62,704 nucleotides of DNA from Chiloscyllium plagiosum (lineage: Eukaryota), in the NCBI RefSeq assembly GCF_004010195.1, contig NC_057720.1, positions 4,504,524-4,567,227 on the forward strand, written 5' to 3'. A program made the position numbers and the translations under genes. How positions within the stretch are numbered: position 1 is the first letter of the stretch; every line of letters begins with the position of its first letter. Below the pieces are notes generated by a model that had not been told where the DNA came from, searched no databases, and saw only the letters and a list, made by a program, of their open reading frames with translations. Below are positions 11,581 to 24,699 of the stretch, piece after piece.

Positions 11581-12842
11581 GTTTTAGTTTCAACGCACAG
11601 TCATATTTGTTTGTAGCTATTTGTGCCTGTAGTTCACTAATCTTATCACATACATGCAAAGTAACCCAAAGGAAATTAGATTTTCTCACTTCCTCCTTGC
11701 TCTGGATGTACCTGATAACTTATTTGCTACTCTAGTAGCATCTGACTCCCCAGGGTATTCTGCATATTCAGCATTTCTCTTGTGTTCTCATCTGATTCCC
11801 ATGCTCCTTCTGAGTTGAGTTAGTTCCCCAGTAATAGCAGTAAAGCTTCCCATGGGAAATTGGTCCTGACTCTGTTTAGTTCCCGTCCATGGTACTGTTC
11901 AGGTCTCCAAGCCTGTCACAATGGCCCTGTATTTTAAGGCTGTCTTCCCTGCTCCATTTTTCCAGTCTCTCCCTGAGCTGCTGAGTCAGCTTTGGGCCCT
12001 GGACTTTGCTGTGACTCCTCTTGCTTGGCAGTCTGGTCACCCATTCCCTCATTCTCCCTGTATCCGCGTAAACCACAGGGTTGTCACCCCTGAAAATGTG
12101 TAACCATAGTGCTCACCTGGACAAGTGCAGCATTGTGATATGAGCTGCTGCCCAAGTTCCATAACCTGGAGCTCAAACTGCTGCAAATGGCAAATCAAGA
12201 AAATAAACTAGCTGGTCTGTCTATTCATTTGCTCGCTTCATGATAGTACTCTCTTTTTCTCTTTCCTCACTCCTCCAGCAAAAGTTACTCATTTCACCTT
12301 CTTTCCATTAAGTTTCACCACCAATCTGTCTCGGTGTGGTCCATCACTACCTTCTCAGTTCATAGTACCCAAGTTTCATTTCATCTGCAGGTTTGAAACA
12401 GACATAGATAGACAAGACAAAGAACCTAGATTTTGAAAATGCAATACTAATTCCAGGGGAGCACACTACTGTATTTCTTCCTGTAGTCTGAGAAACAAGT
12501 ACTCACCATCACTCTGTTTCCTGTCAACCAACTACATTTCCATTTGCTATGGTTTGTCACAACTGGATGCCTTAGGAGAGGAGATTAAAACTGTACAGAT
12601 GTAGGTGACCTTTTGGGCATTAAACCTGGCTAAGATTTTGATAACCTAAGATTTGATGATCCTGAGTCACTACTTTCCCTGATGCTATCACACTCATGAT
12701 ATCAAATCCTGAATGCTTGGAGATTTTCATTCTGATTAAATCCATGCATACGTGTGAACTGTGTTAATGTTTATGAAAAACCATATCTATCCATTATTGA
12801 TATCTCGTACAATAGTTAACTACTTTTTAAATTGGCACTTAG

Positions 12843-13014
12843 GTCACATTTGACGTGGCTTGGAAGCCAGGATGCGTAGATGGCCGGTGCTATGATTATG
12901 CAGCAATTGCAGCATCTTGTGACTTTATATTTGTGATGTCGTATGATATGCAGAGTCAGATTTGGGACGATTGCATTGCAAAGGCAAATGCACCATATGA
13001 CCAGACGTTAGTGG
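12843..13014 (+). CDS. ctbs: CTBS-like gene A, coding exon 4
   Basis: Acceptor acttag|GTC, donor GTGG|gtatgt. Translates VTFDVAWKPGCVDGRCYDYAAIAASCDFIFVMSYDMQSQIWDDCIAKANAPYDQTLVG, including the GH18 MSYD motif. Confidence 0.96.
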
Positions 13015-13103
13015 GTATGTACAGTATAACTGTCTGACTTCAGGTTTGACCTGCCCTGTGTTATGTTAATCTAAGGATGTCTCTTTTTATTTGACCCATT
13101 TAG

Positions 13104-13201
13104 GTTATTTAGACTATCTCAAGCTCAGCATTCCTCCTGTGAAAATCGTGATGGGAGTTCCATGGTATGGTTATGACTATCCTTGCTTACAGCTGCTTGA
13201 G
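13104..13201 (+). CDS. ctbs: CTBS-like gene A, coding exon 5 (not in ORF track)
   Basis: Acceptor atttag|GT, donor GAG|gtaagg. Translates YLDYLKLSIPPVKIVMGVPWYGYDYPCLQLLE, including the GH18 K.VMGVPWYG motif. Confidence 0.95.
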
Positions 13202-13556
13202 GTAAGGTCTTGTCTGAGTGCCTTTCAGTTAATCTAATTATTTGCAAACAGTTCCATTGATAGTTTTGCTTGGAGAAATGAGTAGGTATTTATTTCTTGT
13301 GAAATACATAGAAGTCAGTTTATCTGTAACATAGCCCTCTGATACGTTAGGTGCACTGACTGTTAATTTTTGTTTTACTTTTAATCTCTCTCCTCCATTC
13401 ACCAATTTTACTTGAACCATTGGTATTTACTCTGGGTTCACTTCGTTTATGTTGTTCAATTTTGTTTTGCTGACAAATTTTTATTAACTGCTTTTATCCT
13501 AGGTTATGAATCATGAGCTGCTTAGATCTTTTCTCAAACTTTGCAGTTTTAGAGTA

Positions 13557-14260
13557 CTGAAAACAGCAAATGCTGGAGATCACAGTGGGCCAAGCAGCAT
13601 GCATGGAGAGAGAGCAAGCTAACATTTAGAGTCTAGAAGACTCTCCAGAGCTGAAGTAAAGCTTCGACCAGGCAGCATTTATGCTACACTGGGTAGTGGA
13701 GTTGGGCCAGGGTGGCGGTGGCGAGAATAGAGTGCTGGTGGAGAAAAGACTTTGTGTCCTGCTCTTGTGCCCCATGTGTCTGTCCTTGGCATGCTGCAAT
13801 GTTCCAGTGAATCACAGTGCGAACTGGAGGAACAACATCTCATCTTCAGTCTAGGCACTTGCCAGCATTTTGGACTTACTGTTGAGTTCAGCACCTTCAG
13901 ATTGTGAACCTGCTCCCATTCCTTTCATTTCTGACAGCTTTACTTGTTACGTTCTCTGTCGTCATGTCCTTTCCCCTTCCCTCCACCCCAGTGGGACTGT
14001 TTGTTCTTTGCAGTCCGATAGTTAGACACACCATTGTTCTGCCATTCTCGCATTCCAATCACTTAATTGGCTCTATCAGCAACCTTCCTACCCCAGCACT
14101 CCAACATCCCCGCCCCTCAGTACTTCAAATCAGCTCTGATGTTGCGTCATCTCAACTCGAAACGTTAGCTTCTCTGTATAGATACTGCCTGATGCACTGT
14201 GATCTCCAGCATTTTTTTTTCAATACAGATTCCAGCATCTGCAATAATTTGCTCCTACAC
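13557..14260 (+). mobile_element. 5'-truncated Penelope-like element with inverted 5' segment; 10-bp TSD
   Basis: GIY-YIG C-terminus LEEQHLIFSLGTCQHFGLTVEFSTFR (about 13820-13900); decayed hammerhead agct-ctgatg...gaaacgtt-agct (14132-14170); TSD ttttagagta at 13547-13556 and 14261-14270. Confidence 0.8.
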
Positions 14261-16832
14261 TTTTAGAGTAAGCTATTTGACTGCTGAAGCCTTTCCATCA
14301 TTTCATTTGATCCAAACTGATTTTTCTCAAATCCAGTTACTTGGCTTTGTTCTATAACCCTTTGTACTGAACTACTCTCTCTCCTGTCAAGTATGTTATC
14401 TCCCAAATCTTGCTCATCGTTCTGAAAGCTCAGATACATTTGAATCTCTCCAGTCATGTCTATCTCCAGCATTATACTAAATTGATTTATACTGAAGTTA
14501 TAAGTGCCATCCTCTTTAGCTAACAATGGTAAACTATTCCTCCTATTCCTTTGTGATTGATCTACAATGAAATTGTTCATCAGCCATGAAATTCAGTGCC
14601 CATGGGTCTTCCAGGGATTAGACATTTCACCATCTAGTGGATTTTCAGGTTTACTGTCTCAACTTGCTGTTTTAAGTATCTGCTCCAACCTTTCTACTAT
14701 AATGGCCAAAACACTCAGCACTGTAGTCAAAGTGGATACACACCATTCTCGCATGTGCTCTCCTGTTCTTTCTGCTTGTGTCCGATCAGACACAGTCCAT
14801 TTGAGGAACAGTTAAGGATGGAACTGGGAAAAGACAGAGGCATCCTAAACACAGACTTGAGGGGAGAAGACACAAATTTTAAAAATCCACTATCTGCACT
14901 CTCCTTTGTTTTCAGAAAAAATTTTATTTTTAAAAAAAATGCTGGGGACAAGAAGCATTGGAAAGTAAACAATCAGCCATACTCTCCTTGGAATGATGAA
15001 CCTGACTGGCGCTTGTCATTTGTTGAGGAGACAGAGTTTTAATCAGACTGCTGCTGGTCATTGGTTGCTCCAGGTACCTGACACATGCATGGGCTCAGGC
15101 ACACACATGCGCACCCTCCTGTGGAGCACTGTCCATTAATGACAGGTATTCACACATCAAGCTAACGGACTCCAGGAAGAGTCTGAGTAGCTACAGCCTG
15201 CTCGCTATGTAAAAGGCCCCATTCTTTGACTTGGTGCTATTGGACTTTGGCTCCTTAAGTCAAGTTAATCCATCTCTTCTAGCCAATAGGGTCCATCTTT
15301 CTGTACCCATTAGCAGTGTGGGCTGTATGAAGACATGTTGATGGTGGTAACCTAATGAAAATTATGAATGTAATGTATTTTCTAATGCCTCCAATTAGCA
15401 GGTTTATTGCTCCTCACCAGAGAGTCGATGGCATTTGTGGGACATATCTTGTCGTGAGGGACGATACTTTTATCTTTTCTTTCTTTAAAGCATCCCTCCT
15501 GAAGATGATTTGTGCCTCCCCTGTAACCAATTGTACCCAGTAGAGAAATCTGGACTGACTCCACAAAGACTGTGTAGGAGTGAGCCCTGCTGATCCCCAG
15601 ACAGAGCCAGCCAGATCATGTTTTAGCTCATAATCCTGAACCAACCAGTACTCGTAAATGAGCAAGGAGGAAATGGGGGAAATCTGGAGTGGGTCTGGAA
15701 CCCTGAAAAGCTATTCTTTTTCTACGTATTCGTGTCACTCCCTTTATGTTTGATCTACTTGTCCCCACTGACTATTGTGAACCTGATAGCCAGTATTTAG
15801 ACAGGATTAATAAATGATCTCTATTATGAAGGTGCCCCTATATAGTAGTGATCAGAAGATGATTGTGTGTTGGATTACACTTTTGAGGGACAGAACAGTG
15901 AATGTAAGATTAGCATTTCAAGTTTGAATAATAAGAATGATTAGGGTATGAAAACAGATGGCTAAATTGAACAGAAAAGTTAGGCTTAAAGGTGTAGTAA
16001 AAAATGGGAGTAGGCCATTTGCTAATTGAAAGACTAGGGAGTTAATGAAGATAAATAACAAACTGACAGATGAACAGGTCCTTGACCTGTCTTCACTGTA
16101 GATACCTTCAAACTCTCATCAAGTCACATTCATCCATCTCCTGTGGTTGCTAACCTACACCTGGCTTTTGGGTCAACAGCATCCTAATTTAATTCTTGCC
16201 TTTTTATCAATCCCTCATAATCTCTTTCCTCCACCTATCTGTATGATCTTCTCCAGTATCAGTAACCCCTAGATCTCTACATTGTCATTTCAGGTCTCTT
16301 TGAACTATGTTTGGGCTGTTTGTAACTTTTTTTTTGTTTTAAAGCATTTATAAATTCTATCGTTCCGTGTTTGTAAATTTTCCTTGGGGAGTTTGTGGGA
16401 TAGTGTTTGGGATTTTGTGGGACAATATTTTCAAATACTGCTTGTTTTGAGAGATGGGCTTTTTCTTGGACCCCCCACACCCTCAGCTGATTTGCCTCGC
16501 TTTAATTTTGACTTGTGGTCCCATTGCTTAAGGCTGCCCCGCCAAAGATATTTCTGTCTGTCTGAACATATCAACTGAATCCCACCACAATCAGATCTAC
16601 AAAACCACCTTGATTATCCAAACGAGATGGGAGGGGAATATTTTGTTCAGATAACTGTTCAGGTAACATTTTTACAGGACCTCGATCTTGTTCAGATAAT
16701 TGATCAGATTTTTATTTAAAGTTGTATTTTTCTCCATTCTTCTTCACTAATTTCCTGATTTAAAGTGATTTTTAATTTTATTGTTACTAGTGCCCTCCTT
16801 CCTAAAGTGTAAGGTTAATGTTCCCTGATTGT

Positions 16833-17125
16833 CATAGAATCCCGATAGTATGGAAGCTGGCTACTCAGCCCAGCTAGTCCACACTGACCCTCCAAAGAGC
16901 ATCCCACGCTGTCCCTGTAGCCATGCATTTCTCATGGCTAATCCACCTAACCTACGCATTCCTATACACTGAAATTTAGCAAGGTCAATCCACCTATCCT
17001 GCACAACTTTTGGACAGTAGGAGGAAACCCATGCAGACATGGGGAGAATGTGCAAACTCCTCACAGTTGCTCAGACCCTGGTGTTGCAAGACAGCAGTGC
17101 TAAGCAGTGAGGCAACGTATTGTGC
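16833..17125 (-). mobile_element. Decayed tRNA-derived V-type SINE
   Basis: Reverse complement of the V-domain (ggagtttgcacattctcccc...gggtttcctcc). Confidence 0.75.
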
Positions 17126-17286
17126 AGGACTGTCTAGCCACCTTATTTTGGAGATCAGTCATGCCATTCCTGCATTTGGGAAGTTCCCAAAGTAATTTTG
17201 ACAATTTCGAGTGTAGGTTTGAAAATAAGTGAATTGTGAATATTGTACTGTTTAAAGAAAACTCTTCTCCTATTTCTATATTTCAG

Positions 17287-17448
17287 GCTGGTCGGTGTAC
17301 AATCCGAAGCATTCCTTTCAGAGGTGCACCTTGCAGTGATTTGGCTGGACCTCAAGTCCCATATAAAGATCTCATGCGTTTGCTGCCCAGATCAATCACT
17401 GGCAGGTTTTGGGATGATGTTCAGAAAGCCCCGTATTTTATCTACAAG
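17287..17448 (+). CDS. ctbs: CTBS-like gene A, coding exon 6
   Basis: Acceptor tttcag|GCT, donor AAG|gtaata. Translates AGRCTIRSIPFRGAPCSDLAGPQVPYKDLMRLLPRSITGRFWDDVQKAPYFIYK, including the CTBS PFRGAPCSD motif. Confidence 0.96.
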
Positions 17449-17830
17449 GTAATACCGATTACAGTAAAACAAAAGCTAAATAACACACATCCTGAAAGTC
17501 TGAAATAAAAACAAACAAAAAAATTCAGATCTGGCAGCGTCAGCTAAAGGGCAAAAGCAAAGGGAACAGATTGAAACATTAGCACTATATTTGTATCAGC
17601 AAATGCTGTGTACTTTCGTTTTTTTTTTGTCTTTTTTGTTCATGTAGTAAAGATCAGCCTTGGCAGAGTGCCAGCAGTGTCTTTCTTAACTCAATGTTTG
17701 AGTATAGGATTGAGCAAAGTTCAAAATGTCTGTCTGGGTTTGCAGGGTTAAGATGTTGTAATTCTAGAACTGACAAAAAAACAGTGGGAGTTAGCAAAAT
17801 ACCAGAAGAGCTCCTGTTTTATTTTACACT

Positions 17831-18135
17831 GAAACAAAAATAGAGATTGCTGGAAAAGCTCAGCAGGCAGGTCTGGTGGCATATGTCAAACAAAATCAGA
17901 ATTAACGTTTCAGGTCCAGTAGGTAACCCTTCCTTGCTGCCCACCCATCATCTGCATATAAACCAACATTTTCATAGTTACTATCAATTCTGAGGAAAGG
18001 TCACCGGACTCGAAGCATTACCTTTAATTTTTCTTCTCATTTACTTTAATTTCTCTTCACAGATGCTGCCAGACCTGCTGAGCTTTTCCAGCCATTTGTT
18101 GTTTCTGATTTACAGCATCCACAGTTCTTTTGTTT
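17831..18135. mobile_element. Penelope-derived fold-back element (family 3, decayed)
   Basis: Inverted arms gctggaaaagctcagcagg / cctgctgagcttttccagc; decayed core ttctgaggaaaggtcaccggactcgaagc. Confidence 0.65.
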
Positions 18136-19992
18136 CTTTAAATTCTCTTCTTCTATGTCGTAAGCGGTTGAAATTGTCTGCTCACTCCCTCACTTGTGCC
18201 TATTGTGAGGAAGGCTTGTCTGTTTTGAGGGCTTTGGTGTGAAGGTGGGAGGTGGGTGGGGGGGCAATAACAGCCTTTCCTCTAATTTTCTGAACACTGA
18301 CTGATGTCAGTGTGTGGCAGCAAAGTCCTGTACTGGGAGTCGGTGCAGTGATCACACAGGAACATGGAGCAGCTGCACACATCGTAAAGGCAATGTTGGC
18401 CAACAGTGAATTCAGCTGTTGATTCCTTGGCAGTGGCACTTTGTCATAAAGCTGAAGGCTGGCATTGACTAGTGCAGGGCACAGCAGGGAGCCCAGTCAG
18501 TTGGCATGCTGTGTGTCTGATGCTTTTCTGATTGTTGTACAGAAATGACGATTCACCTGCCAAATGACAACAGTGGACCTGTGATGTGGTGTGAATGAGA
18601 GTCCACATGGTCTTTAGTTGTACCTTAAATATGGCACCTGAAGTGATGGTGCTAGCTTAGGATGCACCTTGGGGGTGAGAGAAACCCTCTGGGGGCTGAA
18701 AGAGTGGAAGGAGGTCACTTGCTAAGTATGGCTGTGACCCCAGTGTCCATGGGGAGTTGCAGCTCAGCTGAGCAGCAGTTTTTGACTCAGGGTTTGGAGC
18801 TCATCAGAGCCCAGGATCAGTAGTTGTGCAGTGAAGCTTGCATTGGGACTTCTGAAAGGCAAGGATCAGTCTTCTGCTCAGAACAGAGAGAGATTATGTT
18901 GATGGTTAGATTTTGGGATGCAGTTTCGAGATCCTCAGGGTCTCAGAAGAGCTTGAGCAACTCTGACGCACATAATCGTTGAGGTCATCTTAGTTAAAAT
19001 TCTTTTGAAATAAGACAGATTTTGTGGCTTTCCAAAATCACTGCAATCTGTTGAGGTTGCTGAGAATATTGCTGAGATTAGTCTGGGTGATATCTGTCAT
19101 TTTAACGTGTGGTTTGTGGTGTGTTTGACCCCAGTTCGGTAGTTAATGTTCATGCTTACTTCCTGTTAATTCTATATGTTAGAGAGTTAATTAAAAATTG
19201 AAAGTTATTCTGTTGGATTAAAACCATGGAATCATGTGGCTTTGTATGCCAATAAATACTTTAAATTTCAATTGTCATCCACTCAACTAACATTATTGAT
19301 CCCTGAACAAGTTATAATCGTAATTGGGAGCAGTGAAGTTGGTCTTGTGTAACATTGACAAATGTTGTAGTCTAGACTAGGATTGGAACTTTTTACATCC
19401 TTTAGGTTTGATTAGTTGTTTTTCCTCCTGACTAGCCTCCCATTTTCCATTGTGATAATGATATAGATTATAACTATCATTAGAAGCCTCCATGATTTCA
19501 CCCTTCTCTATCTTTGATATTTCTGCCATCCTCCATTCTGGTTTCAGTCCATGTATAGTTTTCATTGCTCAACGAAGGTGGACACACCTTGAATTATCTA
19601 GTTCCTAAGCGATAGAATTTCATTCCAAAACCTCTTCTGCTCTTTCTGTCTTCATTTCTGTTCCTTTAAAACCCACTACTTTGCCCTTTTGGTTGCTTGT
19701 CCCTGTGCAGTTTGATAATCTTCACTGAAATGCCCTGAGATACTGTAATAATGCTACATAAATACAACTTAATTCTGTGCTTGATCATACCTCAGACATT
19801 CCATTGTATTGACAATATTAAACACGATAAAACTATGACAATCGTCTTTTGGATTAACTGTACAGCTATGCTGGGACATGTTGGCTGTAAGCATTTAACA
19901 CAATCAGATAAACCTGTCGTCTTATTTAACAGTAACTAATCGATTGAATAATTTGTACTTTAGCTCTTATCTGTCACTGATTTTCTTGGCAG

Positions 19993-20175
19993 GTTAACGA
20001 TACATACCATCAGGTCTGGTATGATGATCCACAGAGTATTTCAATTAAGGCAGCGATTATCAGAAAGCTGAATCTCCGTGGAATAGGCATGTGGAATGGA
20101 AACCTCTTAAACTATGATGATCCTAAAGCAGCAATACAAACTAAAGAAATGTGGAATGCACTGAACCCTTTCTGA
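19993..20175 (+). CDS. ctbs: CTBS-like gene A, terminal coding exon 7 (not in ORF track)
   Basis: Acceptor tggcag|GTT. Translates VNDTYHQVWYDDPQSISIKAAIIRKLNLRGIGMWNGNLLNYDDPKAAIQTKEMWNALNPF, then TGA at 20173-20175. Confidence 0.95.
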   Translation, partial: VNDTYHQVWYDDPQSISIKAAIIRKLNLRGIGMWNGNLLNYDDPKAAIQTKEMWNALNPF

Positions 20176-20730
20176 ACAAATCTTCAGTGACTTTTGTTCT
20201 TAAACTCCAAAATGTAATTATTTAGCAACTGCAACTATACATTGCAAGCATTGAACCATTGATTCCAATATTAGAAATTGACCTAATGCAGATCTATGGA
20301 GCAGGTATGAAATGTTTCTCACAAATGTCTATTCAATGAGAAGCAGACAAGTGTTTTGCAACATCTTAAACTGTTTACAAAGTGCACAGACTGTGTCAGC
20401 CATCAGACTGACAGTACAGGTTAAACTTTGAACCCCTGCTAAATACTTAGGGAACAGTTCGGTTTTCCTGTTGGTTGGAAATGAATTACAACATACACAC
20501 GTGTGCTGTGTTTGTTTTTCACAATCTTTGATGTTTGTCAGTGTTATCGTTTTGAGCTTCCTAACTTAATTTTCATTATCTACATTGAGGTTTGAATAGT
20601 TTGGCAAAGTCATGTTTGCTCTTACTAATTTTCAATTAATATTGCAAGGCACTGCAACTATTTGACTTTTAATCTTTCCAAGTGATTTTATAATTTCCTG
20701 TTCTTTAAAGATACTTTAGCTTTTCTACAA

Positions 20731-20736
20731 AATAAA
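20731..20736 (+). terminator. Candidate polyadenylation signal of CTBS-like gene A
   Basis: AATAAA about 555 nt after the stop codon, followed by a GT/T-rich tract (tgttgttttc). A second AATAAA is at 20891-20896. Confidence 0.5.
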
Positions 20737-21137
20737 ATGTTGTTTTCAAAGTTTTAGTGGTGGTGCTTGAGGGGATTGGAAACTGTGTGAGAATTTAAAA
20801 TGCAATTTTAAGTAACTCCAGATAATGGTCTAGCCATCTCAGTAAGGGTACAACTCCAGTGTGGAAGTTGCAAGATCAAAGTAAAATCTGAATAAAGATA
20901 CAGAAGAGAGAAGAAAAATGCTTCGGCAAAGACAGAAACTCCCCTTGTCCCTGGAAAACTGTAAACAATTTATACCACAGTAACTTAGGAGAGGTGATGG
21001 CCCAGTGTTATTAATGCCTGTGTTTGAATCCCACCATGGGAGCTGGCAGAAATTTGAATTCAATAAAAATAAATCTGGAGTTAAGAATCTACTGTTGACA
21101 GTGAAGTAAGGCCCTTTAGTCATTTCAACTCCACTTA

Positions 21138-24100
21138 GACCATAAGACATAGGAGTGGAAGTAAGGCCATTCGGCCCATCAAGTCCACTCCGCCATTCAA
21201 TCATGGCTGATGCGCATTTCAGCTCCACTTACCAGCGTTCTCCCCGTAGCCCTTAATTCCTCGAGACAACAAGAATCTATCAATCTCGGCCTTGAAGACA
21301 TTTAGCGTCCCGGCTTCCACTGCACTCCGTGGCAATGAATTCCACAGGCCCACCACTCTCTGGCTGAAGAAATGCCTCCGCATTTCTGTTCTGAAATGAC
21401 CCCCTCTAATTCTAAGGCTGTGTCCACGGGTCCTAGTCTCCTCGTTTAACTGAAACAATTTCCTAGCATCCACCTTTTCCAAGCCATGTATTATTTTGTA
21501 CGTCTCTATTAAGTCTCCCCTTAATCTTCTAAACTCCAACGAATACAATCCCAGTATCCTCAGCCGTTCCTCATATGTTAGACCTGTCATTCCAGGGATC
21601 ATCCGTGTGAATCTCCGCTGGACACGTTCCAGTGCCAGTATGTCCTTCCTGAGGTGTGGGGACCAAAACTGGACACAGTACTCCAAATGGGGCCTAACCA
21701 GAGCTTTATAAACTTACCTGCACTCTCCCCGTAGCCCTAAATTCCTTGCGAGATCAAGAATTGATCAGTCTCTCCCTTGAAGACATTTAATGTCCCAGCC
21801 TCGACTGCGCTCTGTGGGAATGAATTCCACAGGTCTACCACTCTCTGGCTGAAGAAATGTCTCCTCATTTCTGTTCTAAATTGACCCCCACTAATTCTAA
21901 GGCTGTGTCCACCCTTTCTAAGCCATGCATTATCCTGTAAGTTTCTAATAGATCTCCCCTCAACCATCTAAACTCTAATGAATACAATCCCAAGATCCTC
22001 AGCTGTTCATCGTATGTTAGGCCTACCACTCCAGGGATCATCTGTGTGAATCTCTGCTGGACACGCTCCAGTGCCAGTATGTCCTTCCTGAGGCATGGGG
22101 CCCAAATTTGGACACCGTATTCCAAATGGGGCCTAACTAGAATTTTATAAAGTCTCAGAAGCACATCGCTGCTTTTATATTCCACCCCCTCTTGAGATAA
22201 ATGACAACATTACATTCGCTTTCTTAATCATGGACTCAACCTGCAAGTTAACCCTTAGAATCCTGAATTAGTGTTCCCAGATCCCTTTGTACTTTGGCTT
22301 TATGAATTTTCTCTCCGTTTAGAAAATAGTCCGTCCCTGTACTCTTTCTTCCAAAGTGCAAGACCTCACACTTGCTCACGTTGAATTTCATCAGCCATTT
22401 CCTGGACCACTCTTAAACTATCTAAATCTTTCTGCAGCCTCCTCACCTCAGTACTACCTGCCTGTCCGCCTAACTTTGTATCATCGGCAAACTTCACCAG
22501 AATGCCCCCAGTACCTTCATCTAGATCATCAATATATAAATAGAACAGCTGCGGCTCCAACATTGAACCCTGCAGGACACTACTTGTCACTGGCTGCCAT
22601 TCTGAAAAAGGATCTTTAATCCCAGCTATCTGCCTTCTGTCAGCCAATCCTCAATTCATGCCAGTGTCTCACCTCGAACAGCATTGGTCTTCACTTTGCT
22701 CAGCAGCCTCCTGTGAGGCACCTTATCAAAGGCCCTTTGGAAGTCTAGATAGATAACATCCGTTTTCCTGGTCTAACCTACTTGTTACCTCTTCAAAGAA
22801 TTCCAACAGGTTTGTCAGGCACGACCTCCCCTTACTAAATCCATGCTGACTTGTTCTAATCTGACCCTGCATTTCCAACAATTTAGAAATCTCACTCTTA
22901 ATTTTGAATTCTAGACTTTTACCAACAACCGAGGTAAGGCTAATTGGCCTATAATTTTCCATGCTGAAAATGTGTTGCTGGAAAAGCGCAGCAGGTCAGG
23001 CAGCATCCAGGGAACAGGAGAATCGACGTTTCGGGCATAAGCCATTCCTGAAGAAGGGATTATGCCCGAAACGTCGATTCTCCTGTTCCCTGGATGCTGC
23101 CTGACCTGCGCTTTTCCAGCAACACATTTTCAGCTCTGATCTCCAGCATCTGCAGACCTCACTTTCTCCTATAATTTTCCATGTTTTGTCTTAATCCCTT
23201 CTTGAACAATGGGGTTACAATATTGATTTTCCAATCATCTGAGACTTTCCCTGACTCCAGTGACTTTTGAAAGATCACAGCCAACGCCTCTGCTATTTTC
23301 TCAGCCACCTCCCTCAGAACTCTAGGGTGTAGCCCATTGGGGCCAAGAGATTTATCAATTTTTAGACCTTTTAGCTTTTCTAGCACTTTCTCTTTTGTAT
23401 TGTCTACCATACTCAACTGTATCCCCTGACTCTCTTTAATTGTTGGGATATTACTCCCTATCTTCCACTGAAGAATGACGCGAAGTATTTATTAAGTTCT
23501 TCAGCCATTTCCTTATCTCCCAGCACTAGCCTTCCTGCATCAATTTGTTACTTTTGCCTCTTTGTTTCATATGTATTGAAAGAAACTTTTACTATAATTT
23601 CTAATATTACTTATCTCCCAGCACTAGCCTTCCTGCATCAATTTGGAGCAGCCCAATGTTTACTTTTGCCTCTTTTTGTTTCATATGTATTGAAAGAAAC
23701 TTTTACTATAATTTCTAATATTACTGGCTAGCCTACCTTCATATTTGATCTTCTCCATCCTTAGTTTTCTCTTTTGTTATTGTCTGTTTTTGTAGTCTTC
23801 CCAATCTTCTGATTTCCCAGTGCTCTTGGCCACTTTATAGGCGCTCTTTTTCTTTGATACATTTCCTGACTTCCTTTGTCAGCCATGGTAGTGTAATTCC
23901 ACCCTCCACCCCCCCCCCCCGGGATAATCTTTCTTTACTTTGTGATGAACCTCTGTACTGTGTCCTCAATCATACCCAAAAACTCCTGCCATTGTTGCTG
24001 TACTGTCTTCTCTGCTGGGCTCCACTTCCAGTCGATTTTTGTCAGTTCCTCTCTGTAATTACCTTTATTTAACTAAAACACCATTACATCCGATTTTGTC

Positions 24101-24655
24101 TTCTCTCTTTCAAACTGCAGCCTTAACTCTACCATATTATGATTGCTGCCTCCTAAATGTTCCCTTACTATAAGAGATCTTTTATAAAGTCTAGCTCATT
24201 ACATAGCACTAAGTCCAGAATAGCCTGCTCCCTTGGCTCCATCACAAACTGTTCCAAAAAGCATTCTATGAATTCCCTTTCTTTGGATGCACCGGCAACA
24301 TTATTTACCCAGTCCACCTGCATATTGAAGTCCCCATGACCACCATGACCTTGCCTTTCTGACATGCCCTATCTATTTCCTGGTACATCTTATGCCCCTG
24401 GTCCTGACCACTGTTAGGAGGTCTGTACGTAACTCCCATTATGTTTTTTTTTGCCTCTGTGATTCCTCAACTCCACCCACACAGACTCCACATCCTCTGA
24501 CCCTGTGTCAGTCAGTGCCGTAGATTTAATTTCATTCTTAATTAACAAGGCAACTCCGTCCACCTCCCCGTCTTTTCGATAAGTTGTAAATCCTTGAATG
24601 TGTAACTGCCAGTACTGAACCCCCTGCAACCACATCTGTGATGCCTACCACATCA
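21138..24655 (-). mobile_element. CR1 LINE, two abutting copies (3' fragment 21138-21712 plus longer copy 21715-24655)
   Basis: RT motifs (ENYRPISLTSVVGK, HGFSKGRSCLTNLLEFFEEVT, KFADDTKLGG, LEYCVQFWSPHLRKD) and endonuclease remnant (GDFN...REQAILDLVLCNE). Confidence 0.92.
22964..23169. mobile_element. Penelope-derived fold-back mini-element (family 1), opposite orientation to 1816-2034
   Basis: Near-identical arms; TSD (cc)tataattttccatg at 22948-22963 and 23168-23183; hammerhead core at 23048. Confidence 0.85.
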
Positions 24656-24699
24656 TAGTCATTCATGATAATGCCCAACATGTAACTCCAAACCTGGTG

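Larger units (their letters stand above)
2690..20175 (+). other. ctbs: Di-N-acetylchitobiase (CTBS)-like gene A, span of coding exons 2-7 (exon 1 lies upstream of the window)
   Basis: Six exons (139, 209, 172, 98, 162, 183 bp) with AG/GT boundaries and compatible phases join into 320 codons plus TGA. The translation is colinear with vertebrate CTBS, and the internal exon sizes match those I recall for human CTBS. Confidence 0.95.
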
